From NCBI GenBank assembly GCA_036676395.1, contig JAKFCY010000002.1:192001-256000 (forward strand): a stretch of DNA of 64,000 nt, in the 5' to 3' direction. The position numbers were made by a program, and so were the translations under genes. A model generated the notes under the pieces. That model saw nothing but the letters and a program-made list of their open reading frames with translations. It searched no databases and had not been told where the DNA came from. This DNA is from Bdellovibrio sp. (GTDB lineage: Bacteria; Bdellovibrionota; Bdellovibrionia; Bdellovibrionales; Bdellovibrionaceae). Positions 38,644 to 48,963 of the stretch are shown here, piece after piece (within the stretch, counting starts at the first letter, position 1; each line of letters begins with the position of its first letter).

Positions 38644-39666
38644 TCAATTGCCTTTAAACGCTGCGGTTTTTTCCGCCAGCGGAATAAAACTTTTCTTAAA
38701 AGCGATTTCATTACAATGAGTGAATTCTTTTAAACCAAAACCTTGGTGTTCTTGCGCGATCACATATTCATCTGTTAAAACTGAGGCAAACATGCCTGGG
38801 TCATCAGAATTTAATGTTAATGGAACTCCCGCATCGTAAAGTTTTTTTAGCGGATGATCTTTATAACTGGCAAAAGCTTGCGTTAAATAATTACTATGCG
38901 GGCAAACTTCTAAAGGAATATCTTTTTCGATAAGCATTTTCATCACATCAGGATGGTGAATGGCTTGCACACCATGGCCGATACGTTCAGCACCTAAAAT
39001 TTCGATAGAATCTTTGATCCAGTTACCTGCGTCTGGAGATGGTGATTCGCCAGAGTGAACAGTAATGTGAAGCCCTGCTTTTTTGGCGCGTTCAAAATCT
39101 TTAGCAAATTTTCTGGGTTCAGAACCTGCTTCGTTATCCGCAAGATCAAGGGCAATGAAAGTGTCTTTGTTTTCAATCGCAAAATCGGTGACTGAAGCTA
39201 CTTTTTCTAAAGGTAAGATGCGCTGTAAAATACAAATTAAGCCTGTGGCGATTTGCATTTGTTTTTTTGCGCGGTTTAATCCACGCACAAATGCTTGATG
39301 AATTTTTTCATATGATAAAGAACTGTGGCCATCAGCAATAAAAGTCGGGGCGTAACGCATTTCGCAAATTCTTACGCCGTCGTTAAACGCATCTTCGCAA
39401 GCTTCAAAAGCTAAACGCTCCAAGATTTCTTCAGAAGCTAAAACCTTTTGCGCGATTAAAAATTTGGATAAAACAGCGTTTAAATCCTTCATTGGCTCAG
39501 TCACCAGAAAGTATGAACGTTGCTGCGCTGAGTTTTTTGGAATTTCGATCTTTAAAGTTGTCGCAATTTCAAGCAAAGTGCTCCATCTCATTGAGCAATC
39601 CATATGGCGATGCAAGTCAATTTTCGGAAGTGAGCGGAGTTCTTGAATAGATAGTTTTGATGACAT
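38644..39666 (-). CDS. add: Adenosine deaminase
   Basis: 'PK.DLH.H', 'HSGE', 'RIGHG', 'CP.SN', 'NSDDP'. Confidence 0.92.
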   Translation of the reverse strand: MSSKLSIQELRSLPKIDLHRHMDCSMRWSTLLEIATTLKIEIPKNSAQQRSYFLVTEPMKDLNAVLSKFLIAQKVLASEEILERLAFEACEDAFNDGVRICEMRYAPTFIADGHSSLSYEKIHQAFVRGLNRAKKQMQIATGLICILQRILPLEKVASVTDFAIENKDTFIALDLADNEAGSEPRKFAKDFERAKKAGLHITVHSGESPSPDAGNWIKDSIEILGAERIGHGVQAIHHPDVMKMLIEKDIPLEVCPHSNYLTQAFASYKDHPLKKLYDAGVPLTLNSDDPGMFASVLTDEYVIAQEHQGFGLKEFTHCNEIAFKKSFIPLAEKTAAFKGN

Positions 39667-39677
39667 AAAAAAGATGT

Positions 39678-41708
39678 ATGACACAAATTAAGCCTCTACA
39701 AGTCAAAACTCACTTAGCCAAACATTCTCAATCAAAACCGCAATTTTCTGTCGACGCAAAACTAGCTGACGGAAAAACCGTGGCTCTTGCTGATCCAAAT
39801 GCGACCCGCGCTCTTGTTGCCTTAATGGACATGAATGCCGTGCTTGGCGGAGCGGCTTCACATTACGGTGGGCCTGCAGCTTTAGCTGAACTTTGGAGCG
39901 CGTTGCATGGTTATGTTTTTGCAGAATCTGATAAGCAGAAAAAAGATTGGTTTGATCTGTTTCATGTGATCAATGATGCCGGCCACTGTGAAAATGGTTT
40001 GTACGCTTTAAAAGCCAACTACAAAATGGCGGGTCTTGATTTAAATTCATTAAAAAAGTTCCGTTCAATTGAATCTAACTTAACTGGCCACGGTGAAGCG
40101 CATTTATTTCCTGAAGGCGTGTACATGAGCAATGGCCCATTAGGTTCTGCTTTTCCACAATCACAAGGGTTAGCCTTAGCTGAAAAATTAGCTGGCACAA
40201 ACCGCACGACGATTTGCACACTTTCTGATGGTGCAGCGATGGAAGGCGAAGCGAAAGAAGCTATGGCTGCTGTTGCAGGATTAGCGGCTAAAGGCAAAGC
40301 GGCTCCATTTGTGTTAATTATCAGCGATAACAATACAAAATTATCTGGCCGTATTGATGCGGATGCGTTTTCAATGAATCCAACGTTTCAATCTTTAGAG
40401 GCTTTAGGTTGGAAATTAATTAAGTTAGAAAAAGGTAATGATTTACAAGCGTGTTTAACAACAATTGAAGACGCCGTTGCTCTTGCGCAAAAAAATCCGA
40501 ACCAACCAGTAGCTATCTGGGCAAAAACTGTAAAAGGGATTGGTACTAAAAAAACGGCAGAATCTGCAAGTGGTGGACATGGTTTTCCATGCAAATCGCC
40601 AACTGAACTGCCTGCTTTCTTAGAAGAAATTTATGCAGGTCAATCATACCCAGAAGTTTTTAAAACTTGGATGGCTGAATTAAATGAAACTGAAAAACAA
40701 ATTAAAGCTAATGCTGTACCTGACACGGGTGAAAAAATCCAAAAAGGGATCGCTAAAGCGATGATCAATTGTTTTAAAAAAGGTTTACCGGTTATTTCTG
40801 TAACTTCAGATTTACCAGGATCAACTGGCGTAGCAGATTTCAGAAAAGAATTTCCGGCAGCTTCAGTTGATGTCGGTGTTGCTGAAAGTAACATGGTTTC
40901 TACGGCTGCGGGTTTATCAAAACTTGGTTACATTCCGGTTGTTGATACATTTGCACAATTTGGTGTAACTAAAGGTGCCTTACCAATTACGATGGCAATG
41001 TTATCTGAAGCGCCATTGATCGGTGTGTTTTCACACACGGGTTTTCAAGATGCGGCAGACGGCGCGTCTCACCAAGCTTTAAGTTATATGTCGATGTTAG
41101 CGACGATTCCGGGAGTTGATTTATACAACTTATCAACAAGTGAAGAAGCTGATGCGATCATGACTGAAGTGATCGAGACTTTTGCTAAGACTGTTGAAGC
41201 CGGTAAAACTCCGCACACCAGCATTTTCTTTTTAGGCCGCGAAAATTTTCCGAAATCTTATTCAACAGAAACAAATAAATTATCTTACAAGGCCGCAGAA
41301 CCACAAATCGTGCGTCAGCATATGGTTGGCGCTAAAAACACGATGATCGTGACTTCTGGATCTTTAGTGGGCGAGGCTATTAAGGCTTCACAAGAGCTAG
41401 AGAAAAAAGGCGTTGGCTCTATTGTGGTAAATTTAAACTCGTTAAACCGTTTAAATGTTTCAGCGCTTAAACCACTTGTGAAAAAATGTGAAGGTCGCAT
41501 TGTGACTGTTGAAGATCATCAAGTGCTTTTAGGTTTAGGTTCTTTTGTAAGTCATCAGTTGGTGCAGTCCGGTGAATTTATCACGATGAAATCACTAGGC
41601 GTGCGCGGTGAATTCGGACAATCGGCTTACAATGCGATTGATCTGTATCGTAAGCACGGTATGGACAGCTCTGCGATTGCAAAAGCTGCCACTGAATTAT
41701 TAGGATAA
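39678..41708 (+). CDS. Transketolase-family ThDP enzyme
   Basis: 'DAGH', 'L.GH.E', 'GPLG', 'SDG...EG', 'GVAESNMV', 'DGASHQ', 'VEDH'. Confidence 0.85.
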   Translation: MTQIKPLQVKTHLAKHSQSKPQFSVDAKLADGKTVALADPNATRALVALMDMNAVLGGAASHYGGPAALAELWSALHGYVFAESDKQKKDWFDLFHVINDAGHCENGLYALKANYKMAGLDLNSLKKFRSIESNLTGHGEAHLFPEGVYMSNGPLGSAFPQSQGLALAEKLAGTNRTTICTLSDGAAMEGEAKEAMAAVAGLAAKGKAAPFVLIISDNNTKLSGRIDADAFSMNPTFQSLEALGWKLIKLEKGNDLQACLTTIEDAVALAQKNPNQPVAIWAKTVKGIGTKKTAESASGGHGFPCKSPTELPAFLEEIYAGQSYPEVFKTWMAELNETEKQIKANAVPDTGEKIQKGIAKAMINCFKKGLPVISVTSDLPGSTGVADFRKEFPAASVDVGVAESNMVSTAAGLSKLGYIPVVDTFAQFGVTKGALPITMAMLSEAPLIGVFSHTGFQDAADGASHQALSYMSMLATIPGVDLYNLSTSEEADAIMTEVIETFAKTVEAGKTPHTSIFFLGRENFPKSYSTETNKLSYKAAEPQIVRQHMVGAKNTMIVTSGSLVGEAIKASQELEKKGVGSIVVNLNSLNRLNVSALKPLVKKCEGRIVTVEDHQVLLGLGSFVSHQLVQSGEFITMKSLGVRGEFGQSAYNAIDLYRKHGMDSSAIAKAATELLG

Positions 41709-41820
41709 TAGCGGGGCAGCTTGCCCTGTGTTTTAGATTCAAATTAAATACATGCGAGATCATTATGGTGCAGTGCTTGCACCAGAGTTTACTTCGAAAA
41801 ATCAACATTCGGAGGTTCGC

Positions 41821-43200
41821 ATGAATTCTTTAAAAAAAACCACATTAATAATCGCACTTTTATTTCTGGCAGGATGTGCAACAAGTTTAAACCCTGTTGA
41901 ATTTGCTGCTGATGCTGATCCAAATAACGAGATCAGCCGTTTAGAGCAAGACATCCGTTCTGCTCGCAGTGAGCAAACTGATATGGCTTCGCCGAAATCG
42001 TTTAAGATGGCTGAAAAATATTTAGCCGACGCTCAGAAAAGTCGCGCGAAAAATAATTCGTCTCGCGATATCTTAAAAGAAGTTGGCTATGGAAGGGCTG
42101 CATTAAATCAGGCGCAAACTGCGCAAAACTTAACTGAAAATGAGTTCTCTGATATTTCGCAGGCTCGTGATGCGGCTATTGCGGCAGGCGCTGCAGACTT
42201 TCAAGAGCGTGGTCTTAAAAAAGCCGATGCTGATTTTAAAGATATAACTGAAGATTTTGAAAGTGAAGCGATCAAACAATCTGCGCAAAGTAAAACGCCA
42301 ATATCATTTTCGCAAGTTTCGTTAAATAAACGTGAAGCTTTAAAAAGAAATTACGCAAAATTAGAATTAGAATCGCTAACGAATAAACATTTAGGTCGTG
42401 CACAAGGTATGATTGAAATGGCTGAAAAAAATCAGGCTTCAAGCTATGCACCTAAAACTTTGAATTCAGCCCGAACTAAATATAGAGATGCACAAATGGT
42501 GATTTCAAATAACCGCCAGGATATTGCGGCGATTGAAGCGGCTGCGCGCGAAGCTAACATGGAGGCTGAAAAACTATTACGTGTAACCAATACCGCCAGA
42601 TCTGCAAAAGGTTTAAGTACTGAAGATTTAGCTTTGGATATCGAAGAAAAAAAAGAGGCCTTATCAGAAGCAGAGATGACAGCTGAAGAACGTGCGCAGA
42701 TGATTAAAGATCGTAATGCGCAATTAGCTGGGGCTTTAAATGAAAATCAAGAGTATCGCCGTAAAGCTGAATTCGATGAAACATTAGCTAAAGCGCAAAA
42801 AACGTTTTCTAAAGATGAAGCCGACGTTTATCGCGAAGGTGATAAAATTTTAATCCGTTTAAAATCAGCAAACTTTGTTTCGGGCAGAGCGGATGTCAGC
42901 CAAAAGGCTTATCCTGTTTTAGGTAAAGTAAAAGATCTTTTAAGTGAAGTCGCCGCAGAAGATATCGTGATCGAGGGCCACACTGATGTGACAGGTTCGA
43001 AAGATATTAATATGAAATTATCAAAAGACCGCGCCGATGCCGTAGCGGCCTATTTAATGAATAATACGGATATTAAACCAGATCAAATTACGACTGAAGG
43101 TTTAGGTTTTGATAGACCATTAGCTCCGAATAATACCAAACAAGGCCGCGCGCAAAATCGGCGCGTAGATATTATCGTAACACCCTCGGTGGTTCGTTAA
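41821..43200 (+). CDS. OmpA-C-domain lipoprotein with coiled coil
   Basis: GGAGG SD, lipobox LAGC, 'IEGHTD..G....N..LS..RA.AV', 'NRRVDI'. Confidence 0.88.
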   Translation: MNSLKKTTLIIALLFLAGCATSLNPVEFAADADPNNEISRLEQDIRSARSEQTDMASPKSFKMAEKYLADAQKSRAKNNSSRDILKEVGYGRAALNQAQTAQNLTENEFSDISQARDAAIAAGAADFQERGLKKADADFKDITEDFESEAIKQSAQSKTPISFSQVSLNKREALKRNYAKLELESLTNKHLGRAQGMIEMAEKNQASSYAPKTLNSARTKYRDAQMVISNNRQDIAAIEAAAREANMEAEKLLRVTNTARSAKGLSTEDLALDIEEKKEALSEAEMTAEERAQMIKDRNAQLAGALNENQEYRRKAEFDETLAKAQKTFSKDEADVYREGDKILIRLKSANFVSGRADVSQKAYPVLGKVKDLLSEVAAEDIVIEGHTDVTGSKDINMKLSKDRADAVAAYLMNNTDIKPDQITTEGLGFDRPLAPNNTKQGRAQNRRVDIIVTPSVVR

Positions 43201-44474
43201 TTGTGAGTTGGAGTTGTTTTTACAGAGGGAGCCTGATCGTCTTCAGGCTCTTCAGACAAATCTTCTGAAGAGTCAAAACGACGGTCTTCGCGCGGACGGT
43301 AAAGAACTTCTTCTTTTTCTCGCATCCAGAATACAAAATCTTGTGCCGTTAGTTCACCAGACATTAACCCTAATTTAAGAGCTAAATCAAAGTGATGATT
43401 GGCCAGAAGTGCACGTTTACGGCGTTCACCTTTTTTCAGGTATTGATCGTGTTTTGTTAAAGCGTGAATCAGCTGCATTGATAATTCAATAGCGATTAAT
43501 TCAGCTTTGAACACACCTAGTTCATCTTTGCAAAAAATTTGAAAACTTTGTTTTTCTGAAACTTCGTTGATATTAAAATTATAACCGTATTCAGCGATTA
43601 AAAAGGCATATAGCACAGCTCCGAAAAGTTCGATCGGATCATGCATGTTGATATCAACGACTTCTAAGCGGCGTAATAAACTTAAAAACTCTTCAACTTT
43701 AGCAGGATCAGTAAATAACGTTTCAAAACCTGGAATTACGGCTTTAAAAACGCCAAGGTCATGCATTTCCCATAAGGCTAATTCAGGATTGTAGAGTCTG
43801 AAAAATTTCAGCCATTCTTCGCGGCGACGAGGCAGAACTGTTTTTTTAAGCTCTTCAATGTTTTCTAAAATTGATTTGCGAAGTTCAGTTTCGATTTTGA
43901 AACTTAATTTTTGCGACAAACGAATCGCGCGTAAAATACGAATTGGGTCTTCTTTAAGACGCACATGCGGGTCTCCGATCACACGTAGTGTGCGAGACGC
44001 GATGTCATCAAGGCCTCCGCAGTAATCGACGAGGTCTTCTGATAACGGATCATAAAATAAAGCGTTCACTGTGAAATCGCGGCGAAAAGAATCTTCTTTT
44101 AAGTTTCCGAAAAAATTATCTGCTGTCATTGAAGCTACTGATTCAGTGTCGACAGAATTTAATTCATCTTGGGTGGCTTCACGGCGATATGTAGCCACTT
44201 CAAAAATTTTTTCGCCACGTTTTGCGTGCACTAATTTGAAACGACGACCGATGATAAAGCAGTAAGGAACTTTGCGTTTTACTTCATTAGGTAAGGCGTT
44301 CGTTGCGATATCAAAGTCTTTTGGTTTTAAGCCAACTAACAAATCGCGCACTCCGCCGCCAACTAAGTAACCGTCAAACTTGTTATCTTTTAGCTTTTTG
44401 ATAATGCCGATCGCTTGCGGATCAATGTCCGAATAGGCTTTTCTTAAAATATCTTTAAATTTTTGGATCGACAT
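43197..44474 (-). CDS. pcnB: Poly(A) polymerase
   Basis: 'VGG.VRDLL....PKDFDIAT', PAP signature 'IIGRRFKLVH', 'RRDFTVNAL', 'EDP.R.LRA'. Confidence 0.88.
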   Translation of the reverse strand: MSIQKFKDILRKAYSDIDPQAIGIIKKLKDNKFDGYLVGGGVRDLLVGLKPKDFDIATNALPNEVKRKVPYCFIIGRRFKLVHAKRGEKIFEVATYRREATQDELNSVDTESVASMTADNFFGNLKEDSFRRDFTVNALFYDPLSEDLVDYCGGLDDIASRTLRVIGDPHVRLKEDPIRILRAIRLSQKLSFKIETELRKSILENIEELKKTVLPRRREEWLKFFRLYNPELALWEMHDLGVFKAVIPGFETLFTDPAKVEEFLSLLRRLEVVDINMHDPIELFGAVLYAFLIAEYGYNFNINEVSEKQSFQIFCKDELGVFKAELIAIELSMQLIHALTKHDQYLKKGERRKRALLANHHFDLALKLGLMSGELTAQDFVFWMREKEEVLYRPREDRRFDSSEDLSEEPEDDQAPSVKTTPTHN

Positions 44475-44532
44475 ATATCAGATTATTTTTTAATTGAGGA
44501 AAGGGTTACAGTCGAGTACTTACTTTAACTAA

Positions 44533-45354
44533 ATGAGCTTTTTATCTAACTTTAATTACGCAATCCTGGGCACGAACACGCAAGAACGTGTGGTTTTCAT
44601 TCACGGTTTGATGGCCTTTGCAGCAAATTGGAGAAAGATCGCGAATCGTTTAGAAGATGATTTTCAGTGCTTGATTTATGACCAACGTGGCCATGGACGC
44701 TCATTCAAACCAGAAACTGGCTACAGCCCTGAGATCTTCGCTGAAGATTTAGACAAAATAACGACTGAACTTGGCTGGGATAGCTTTCATTTAGTTGGGC
44801 ATTCAATGGGTGGCCGTAATGCCATGGTTTTTGCCAACCTGTACCCTGAAAAAGTAAGAACTTTAACCATCGAAGACATGGGCCCTGATTCAGATCCAAT
44901 GATGCGTGGCTATTATGAAAATATGTTGGGGCATATTCCGACGCCATTTGCTGATAAAGCGGCCGTTAAATATTTTTTTGATCATGAATTTAAAAAAGCA
45001 TTTGCGTCTAAAGAGCCTCCGGCAGTGCTTTCAACTTTTTTGCAGGCGAACTTAGAAGAAAAAACGGATGGCAGTTATGATTGGCGCTTTTCTAAACACG
45101 CCGTGTTTGAAATTACACGCGAGGGCCATTTAAAAGACCGTTGGCTTGAAGTCAGTAGCTTTAAGATGCCTGTGCTTTTAATTCGTGGTGAAAATTCGCA
45201 CATTCTTAAACAAGAAACCTATGAGAAAATGCTGGCTGTGAATCCCAATATTCAGGGGATTGAGCTTGCTGGCGCGGGGCACTGGGTGCACTACGAAAAA
45301 TTCGAAGAATTTGTTCAAGCCTTTCGTAAATTTGTGAATGAGAGCAACGCGTAA
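44533..45354 (+). CDS. Alpha/beta hydrolase (YbfF-like esterase)
   Basis: 'HGL', 'DQRGHGRS', 'GHSMGG', 'AGHWVH'. Confidence 0.88.
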   Translation: MSFLSNFNYAILGTNTQERVVFIHGLMAFAANWRKIANRLEDDFQCLIYDQRGHGRSFKPETGYSPEIFAEDLDKITTELGWDSFHLVGHSMGGRNAMVFANLYPEKVRTLTIEDMGPDSDPMMRGYYENMLGHIPTPFADKAAVKYFFDHEFKKAFASKEPPAVLSTFLQANLEEKTDGSYDWRFSKHAVFEITREGHLKDRWLEVSSFKMPVLLIRGENSHILKQETYEKMLAVNPNIQGIELAGAGHWVHYEKFEEFVQAFRKFVNESNA

Positions 45355-45400
45355 CAATAAGCGTGACTACGCCCCTCTAAAGACTTACAAAAAAGGCTGA

Positions 45401-46996
45401 ATGAAATACGTAGACCTAAATCTGGACAGCCGCTTACAAACTAACATCTCTAATCTTGGATACGTTGATGCAACGCCAATCCAAGTCCAAGCCTTCGAAC
45501 CGATTATTTCGGGTAAAGATGTGGCGGGTCTTGCGCAAACTGGAACTGGAAAAACGGCAGCGTTTTTAATTCCAATTATTGAACGCATTTTAAAAGCAGA
45601 GACTAACCCTGAAAGCGAACGTGCTTTCGTGGATTGGAAAGCCTTCAATCAAGTTTTGATTTTAGTTCCAACGCGCGAACTAGCTGATCAAATTCATGAA
45701 AATATTTTAAAATTAACTGCCGGCACTGGTTTAAAATCAGCAACGTTTTACGGTGGCACTGGTTACGACAAACAAAAAGAAGCGTTATCTGGTAATTTAC
45801 AATTCATGGTTTCAACACCAGGCCGCTTAATTGATCTGTATAAAGAGCACCATGTTGATTTCAAAAAAGTAAAAGCGATTATCTTTGATGAAGCAGATCG
45901 TATGTTTGATATGGGTTTTAAAGATGATATGAAATACATCTTAAGCCGTATCGAGCGCACTCGCCAGTTTTTAGTGTTTTCTGCAACTTTAAATTTTGAT
46001 GTATTAAATACTGCGTATCAATTTGGTTCTGAGCCTGTTGAAATTAATATTTCAAAAGATGTGGCTAAAGCTGAAAATGTAAAAGATATGATTTATCACG
46101 TTGGTAATGCTGAAAAACCTCAGTATTTGCTTTCGATTTTTAAAAAAGAAAAACCTACGCAAACAATTATTTTTACAAATTTCAAAAATAACGTCGATCG
46201 CGTAGCGCATTTTTTAACAGACAACCAAATTCCTGCTATGGGAATTTCAAGTTTGATGTCACAGGCACAACGCACGCAAGTGATCTCAAAATTCAAAGAA
46301 TCAAATAATCAAAACGTATTAGTAGCTACTGATGTGGCTGCGCGCGGTTTAGATATTTCTGATGTGGATTTAGTTGTGAATTACGAATTACCCCAGGATT
46401 GTGAATCATATGTTCACCGTATCGGTCGTACTGGTCGCGCGGGTAAAGAAGGTAAAGCATTTTCATTAGTAAGTGATCGCGATGTTGAGTCGTTATATCG
46501 CATCGAAGAATTCACTAAAAAGAAAATTGAAGCTGGTTATCTGGAAGACGTTGAATTAGTTAAAGACTTTAAAGCTTTAACTGATCATGAACCTAAATTT
46601 AAAAAATCATTTGATCGTAAACCACAAGGTGGCGGCAGATCAGGTGGCCGCCCAGAACGTGGTGGTAAACCAGGTTTCAACAGAGATCATGATGGTAAAG
46701 CTCACGCGGGTCCTCGTCATGATGGTCCAAGAAAACCGCATCACCGCGACGAACGTCCTCGGGATGAACGTCCTAAGCACGATAAAAAACCAATGCACGC
46801 TAAGCATGAAGGTGTAAAACACGATGTTCATGGTAAGGGAAAACCTAAACATGATCATAAGCGCCCGCACCCTAAAGCAAATGGCGTAACGCCAGGTCAC
46901 TTGGTGCATAAGCGCACGGGATCGCATCGTAAACCTGTACCTCAGGCCGGTCTAGTTAACTCTGTGAAATCGTTTTTCAAGAAGTTATTTACTTAA
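45401..46996 (+). CDS. DEAD-box RNA helicase (RhlB-like) with basic/His-rich tail
   Basis: 'AQTGTGKT', 'PTRELA', 'DEAD', 'SAT', 'HRIGRTGRAG'. Confidence 0.93.
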   Translation: MKYVDLNLDSRLQTNISNLGYVDATPIQVQAFEPIISGKDVAGLAQTGTGKTAAFLIPIIERILKAETNPESERAFVDWKAFNQVLILVPTRELADQIHENILKLTAGTGLKSATFYGGTGYDKQKEALSGNLQFMVSTPGRLIDLYKEHHVDFKKVKAIIFDEADRMFDMGFKDDMKYILSRIERTRQFLVFSATLNFDVLNTAYQFGSEPVEINISKDVAKAENVKDMIYHVGNAEKPQYLLSIFKKEKPTQTIIFTNFKNNVDRVAHFLTDNQIPAMGISSLMSQAQRTQVISKFKESNNQNVLVATDVAARGLDISDVDLVVNYELPQDCESYVHRIGRTGRAGKEGKAFSLVSDRDVESLYRIEEFTKKKIEAGYLEDVELVKDFKALTDHEPKFKKSFDRKPQGGGRSGGRPERGGKPGFNRDHDGKAHAGPRHDGPRKPHHRDERPRDERPKHDKKPMHAKHEGVKHDVHGKGKPKHDHKRPHPKANGVTPGHLVHKRTGSHRKPVPQAGLVNSVKSFFKKLFT

Positions 46997-47018
46997 ATTT
47001 TATTTACACTAAAGGTGT

Positions 47019-48350
47019 ATGAAAAAAAGTATTCTGACCATTTTGTTAATGGCGGCTTTGCCGTCATTCGTTTTTGCCCAAGAAGACCCTATTCAGACGA
47101 TGAAGTTAACTTCAAATTACATTGTTCGTAATTTGAATGGTGATCAAGTCTGTAACTTACCAAAAGGTGCTGTTGTCGGTGTTGTTGGCGTAGCGCCAGA
47201 TGGCCAGCGTTTAAAAATTATGGCCTTAACGGGTCCATGTGCTGGAGTAATGAATGGTTTTGTCTATGTGAACTATCTTCGTCCAGCTTCAAAAGACGTG
47301 AATAAATACACAGAAACAGCGATGGTTGAAACTGCTGGCTTAAGTTTACGTAAAGAGCCAAGTGTTGAAGATGGAACACATTCTTGCAGTTTACCTGCGA
47401 ACACGAAATTAAATATTATCGGTGAAGTGCAAAAACGCAGTCGTTGGGTGCAAGTTGAAATTCCTAATCCTCCGAAAGGTTGTCCAACGACCGGTTGGGT
47501 TTCAGCCAGTTATTTAAAACCTGATTTCGATTTAAAAACTCTGCCGGTAATTAAAGGTCAGGCCTTAACTGAAGCTCGCACTCCAAAAGATTGCACTGAT
47601 TGCGAACAAGGTGAAACTTCTGGCGGTAAAAAATCAGAAGTTAAAAAAACTGTCGAAACGGCTCAGCAGATTGAAAAATTTGTAAATCAACCCCCAGAGC
47701 TTGCGGCTGGAGTTCCTAGTCCGTTTACCGAGTTTGCTAAAGAATTACAGCGTACAAAAAAATGTCCGAATCCCAAACAATCTGATTACAAATGTAACCG
47801 TGGTTTAATGCAAATGCCTGCCGAAGGCAATGCTGGTTTCTGCGGAACTCATCACTATACTCCAGATCGTCCGCCTGGAGTTGATACGCATGCAGCTCCG
47901 CATACAGCTTGTTCGTTATTAGCTGTCGCGCAAGAATGGAAAAAGACGGCGTGCCCGAATGACAATGCCGGATGCAAAATCGCTTGGGGAGACATCTCGC
48001 ATACAACGCGCCCTTTGTTTAACAAACACAAAGAACACACGCGTGGTGAGTGTATTGATATTCGCCCATTTAATACGGGATCGTTTCGTGATGCTGGTCG
48101 TACGGTGACTGCAAGTGATTATGACCGGGCAAAGACTACAGAATTTTTAAAACTAGCAAAAAAGCATGGCGCAGATATTCGTTACAGTGATCGTAAGCTA
48201 ATGAATGCAAACAAAGATCTGGGTATTGCGTGGGGCGGATCAGCGCATGCCAATCACATGCATATCTGTTTTGAAGCTTCTAATTCAAAAGTGCAGGCAG
48301 CCTGCAATAACTTAACGGTGGATCCAAGAGTATGTTCAGAAGTTCAGTAA
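47019..48350 (+). CDS. Secreted SH3b-repeat + MepA-like murein endopeptidase
   Basis: Signal peptide; SH3-like repeats ('GFVYVNYL', 'GWVSASYL'); 'GDIS', 'H..H..G...DIR', 'HANHMHI'. Confidence 0.7.
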   Translation: MKKSILTILLMAALPSFVFAQEDPIQTMKLTSNYIVRNLNGDQVCNLPKGAVVGVVGVAPDGQRLKIMALTGPCAGVMNGFVYVNYLRPASKDVNKYTETAMVETAGLSLRKEPSVEDGTHSCSLPANTKLNIIGEVQKRSRWVQVEIPNPPKGCPTTGWVSASYLKPDFDLKTLPVIKGQALTEARTPKDCTDCEQGETSGGKKSEVKKTVETAQQIEKFVNQPPELAAGVPSPFTEFAKELQRTKKCPNPKQSDYKCNRGLMQMPAEGNAGFCGTHHYTPDRPPGVDTHAAPHTACSLLAVAQEWKKTACPNDNAGCKIAWGDISHTTRPLFNKHKEHTRGECIDIRPFNTGSFRDAGRTVTASDYDRAKTTEFLKLAKKHGADIRYSDRKLMNANKDLGIAWGGSAHANHMHICFEASNSKVQAACNNLTVDPRVCSEVQ

Positions 48351-48781
48351 TTTTAGCGTCATTAAGTTTAGTGTTACATGCGCACTCAGCAATGGCTGCG
48401 ACTTGTGGTAATTATGTTCAGGCTTACAGCGAATACACACAAAAAGTAGATGGTAAAATCGTAAAAAAACATTCTATTTTTGAAATGACAGATTGGGCTC
48501 GTAACAGCCGTTTTCAAGGTTTAGTTTTGACTGAAAAAGCTCCGGCCAATGCTGAAGTTATTTTAGAATCTAAATTAAGTAAGAAAGCTAAAACGGTTAC
48601 AACTAAAGCTTCGAAAATTACTCCGTTTATCCGGGATGAAAAATATCGCGTGGTAGAGATAGATTTAAATAAACAATTAGGTTCTGCCCCCACGCAAGAG
48701 GGCAGTTACACTGTGAAAGTCTTAGCTGATGGCAAAGAAGTTTGTTCAGAGAAGAAGTTAATCTACGACGACGGCGATTAA
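48332..48781 (+). CDS. Secreted hypothetical protein
   Basis: Signal peptide; overlaps the 3' end of the endopeptidase gene. Confidence 0.65.
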   Translation: MFRSSVILASLSLVLHAHSAMAATCGNYVQAYSEYTQKVDGKIVKKHSIFEMTDWARNSRFQGLVLTEKAPANAEVILESKLSKKAKTVTTKASKITPFIRDEKYRVVEIDLNKQLGSAPTQEGSYTVKVLADGKEVCSEKKLIYDDGD

Positions 48782-48833
48782 ATCTCATCGGGAAAAATAA
48801 TTATTATTCATAATAATAGCTTAAATTAAAACA

Positions 48834-48889
48834 CTCTGTATTTCGGTTTACAGTTTATTCATTTAAAAAGTGTAAACCGAAATACAGAG
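48834..48889. repeat. Perfect 19-bp inverted repeat with 18-nt spacer
   Basis: CTCTGTATTTCGGTTTACA (48834-48852) / TGTAAACCGAAATACAGAG (48871-48889). Confidence 0.9.
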
Positions 48890-48912
48890 CGAAAAAAAGA
48901 GTGCGCAGAAAT

Positions 48913-48944
48913 AAAAAAAGGAGCTTGGTTGAAGCTCCTTTTTT
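48913..48944. terminator. Bidirectional intrinsic terminator
   Basis: AAAAAAGGAGCTT-GGTTG-AAGCTCCTTTTTT between convergent genes. Confidence 0.85.
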
Positions 48945-48963
48945 CTTTTTTTAAAAGCACGTC

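Noticed and set aside
46600..46990. Repetitive His/Arg/Pro-rich stretch with ORFs in other frames
   Set aside because: Ordinary low-complexity C-terminal tail of the DEAD-box helicase
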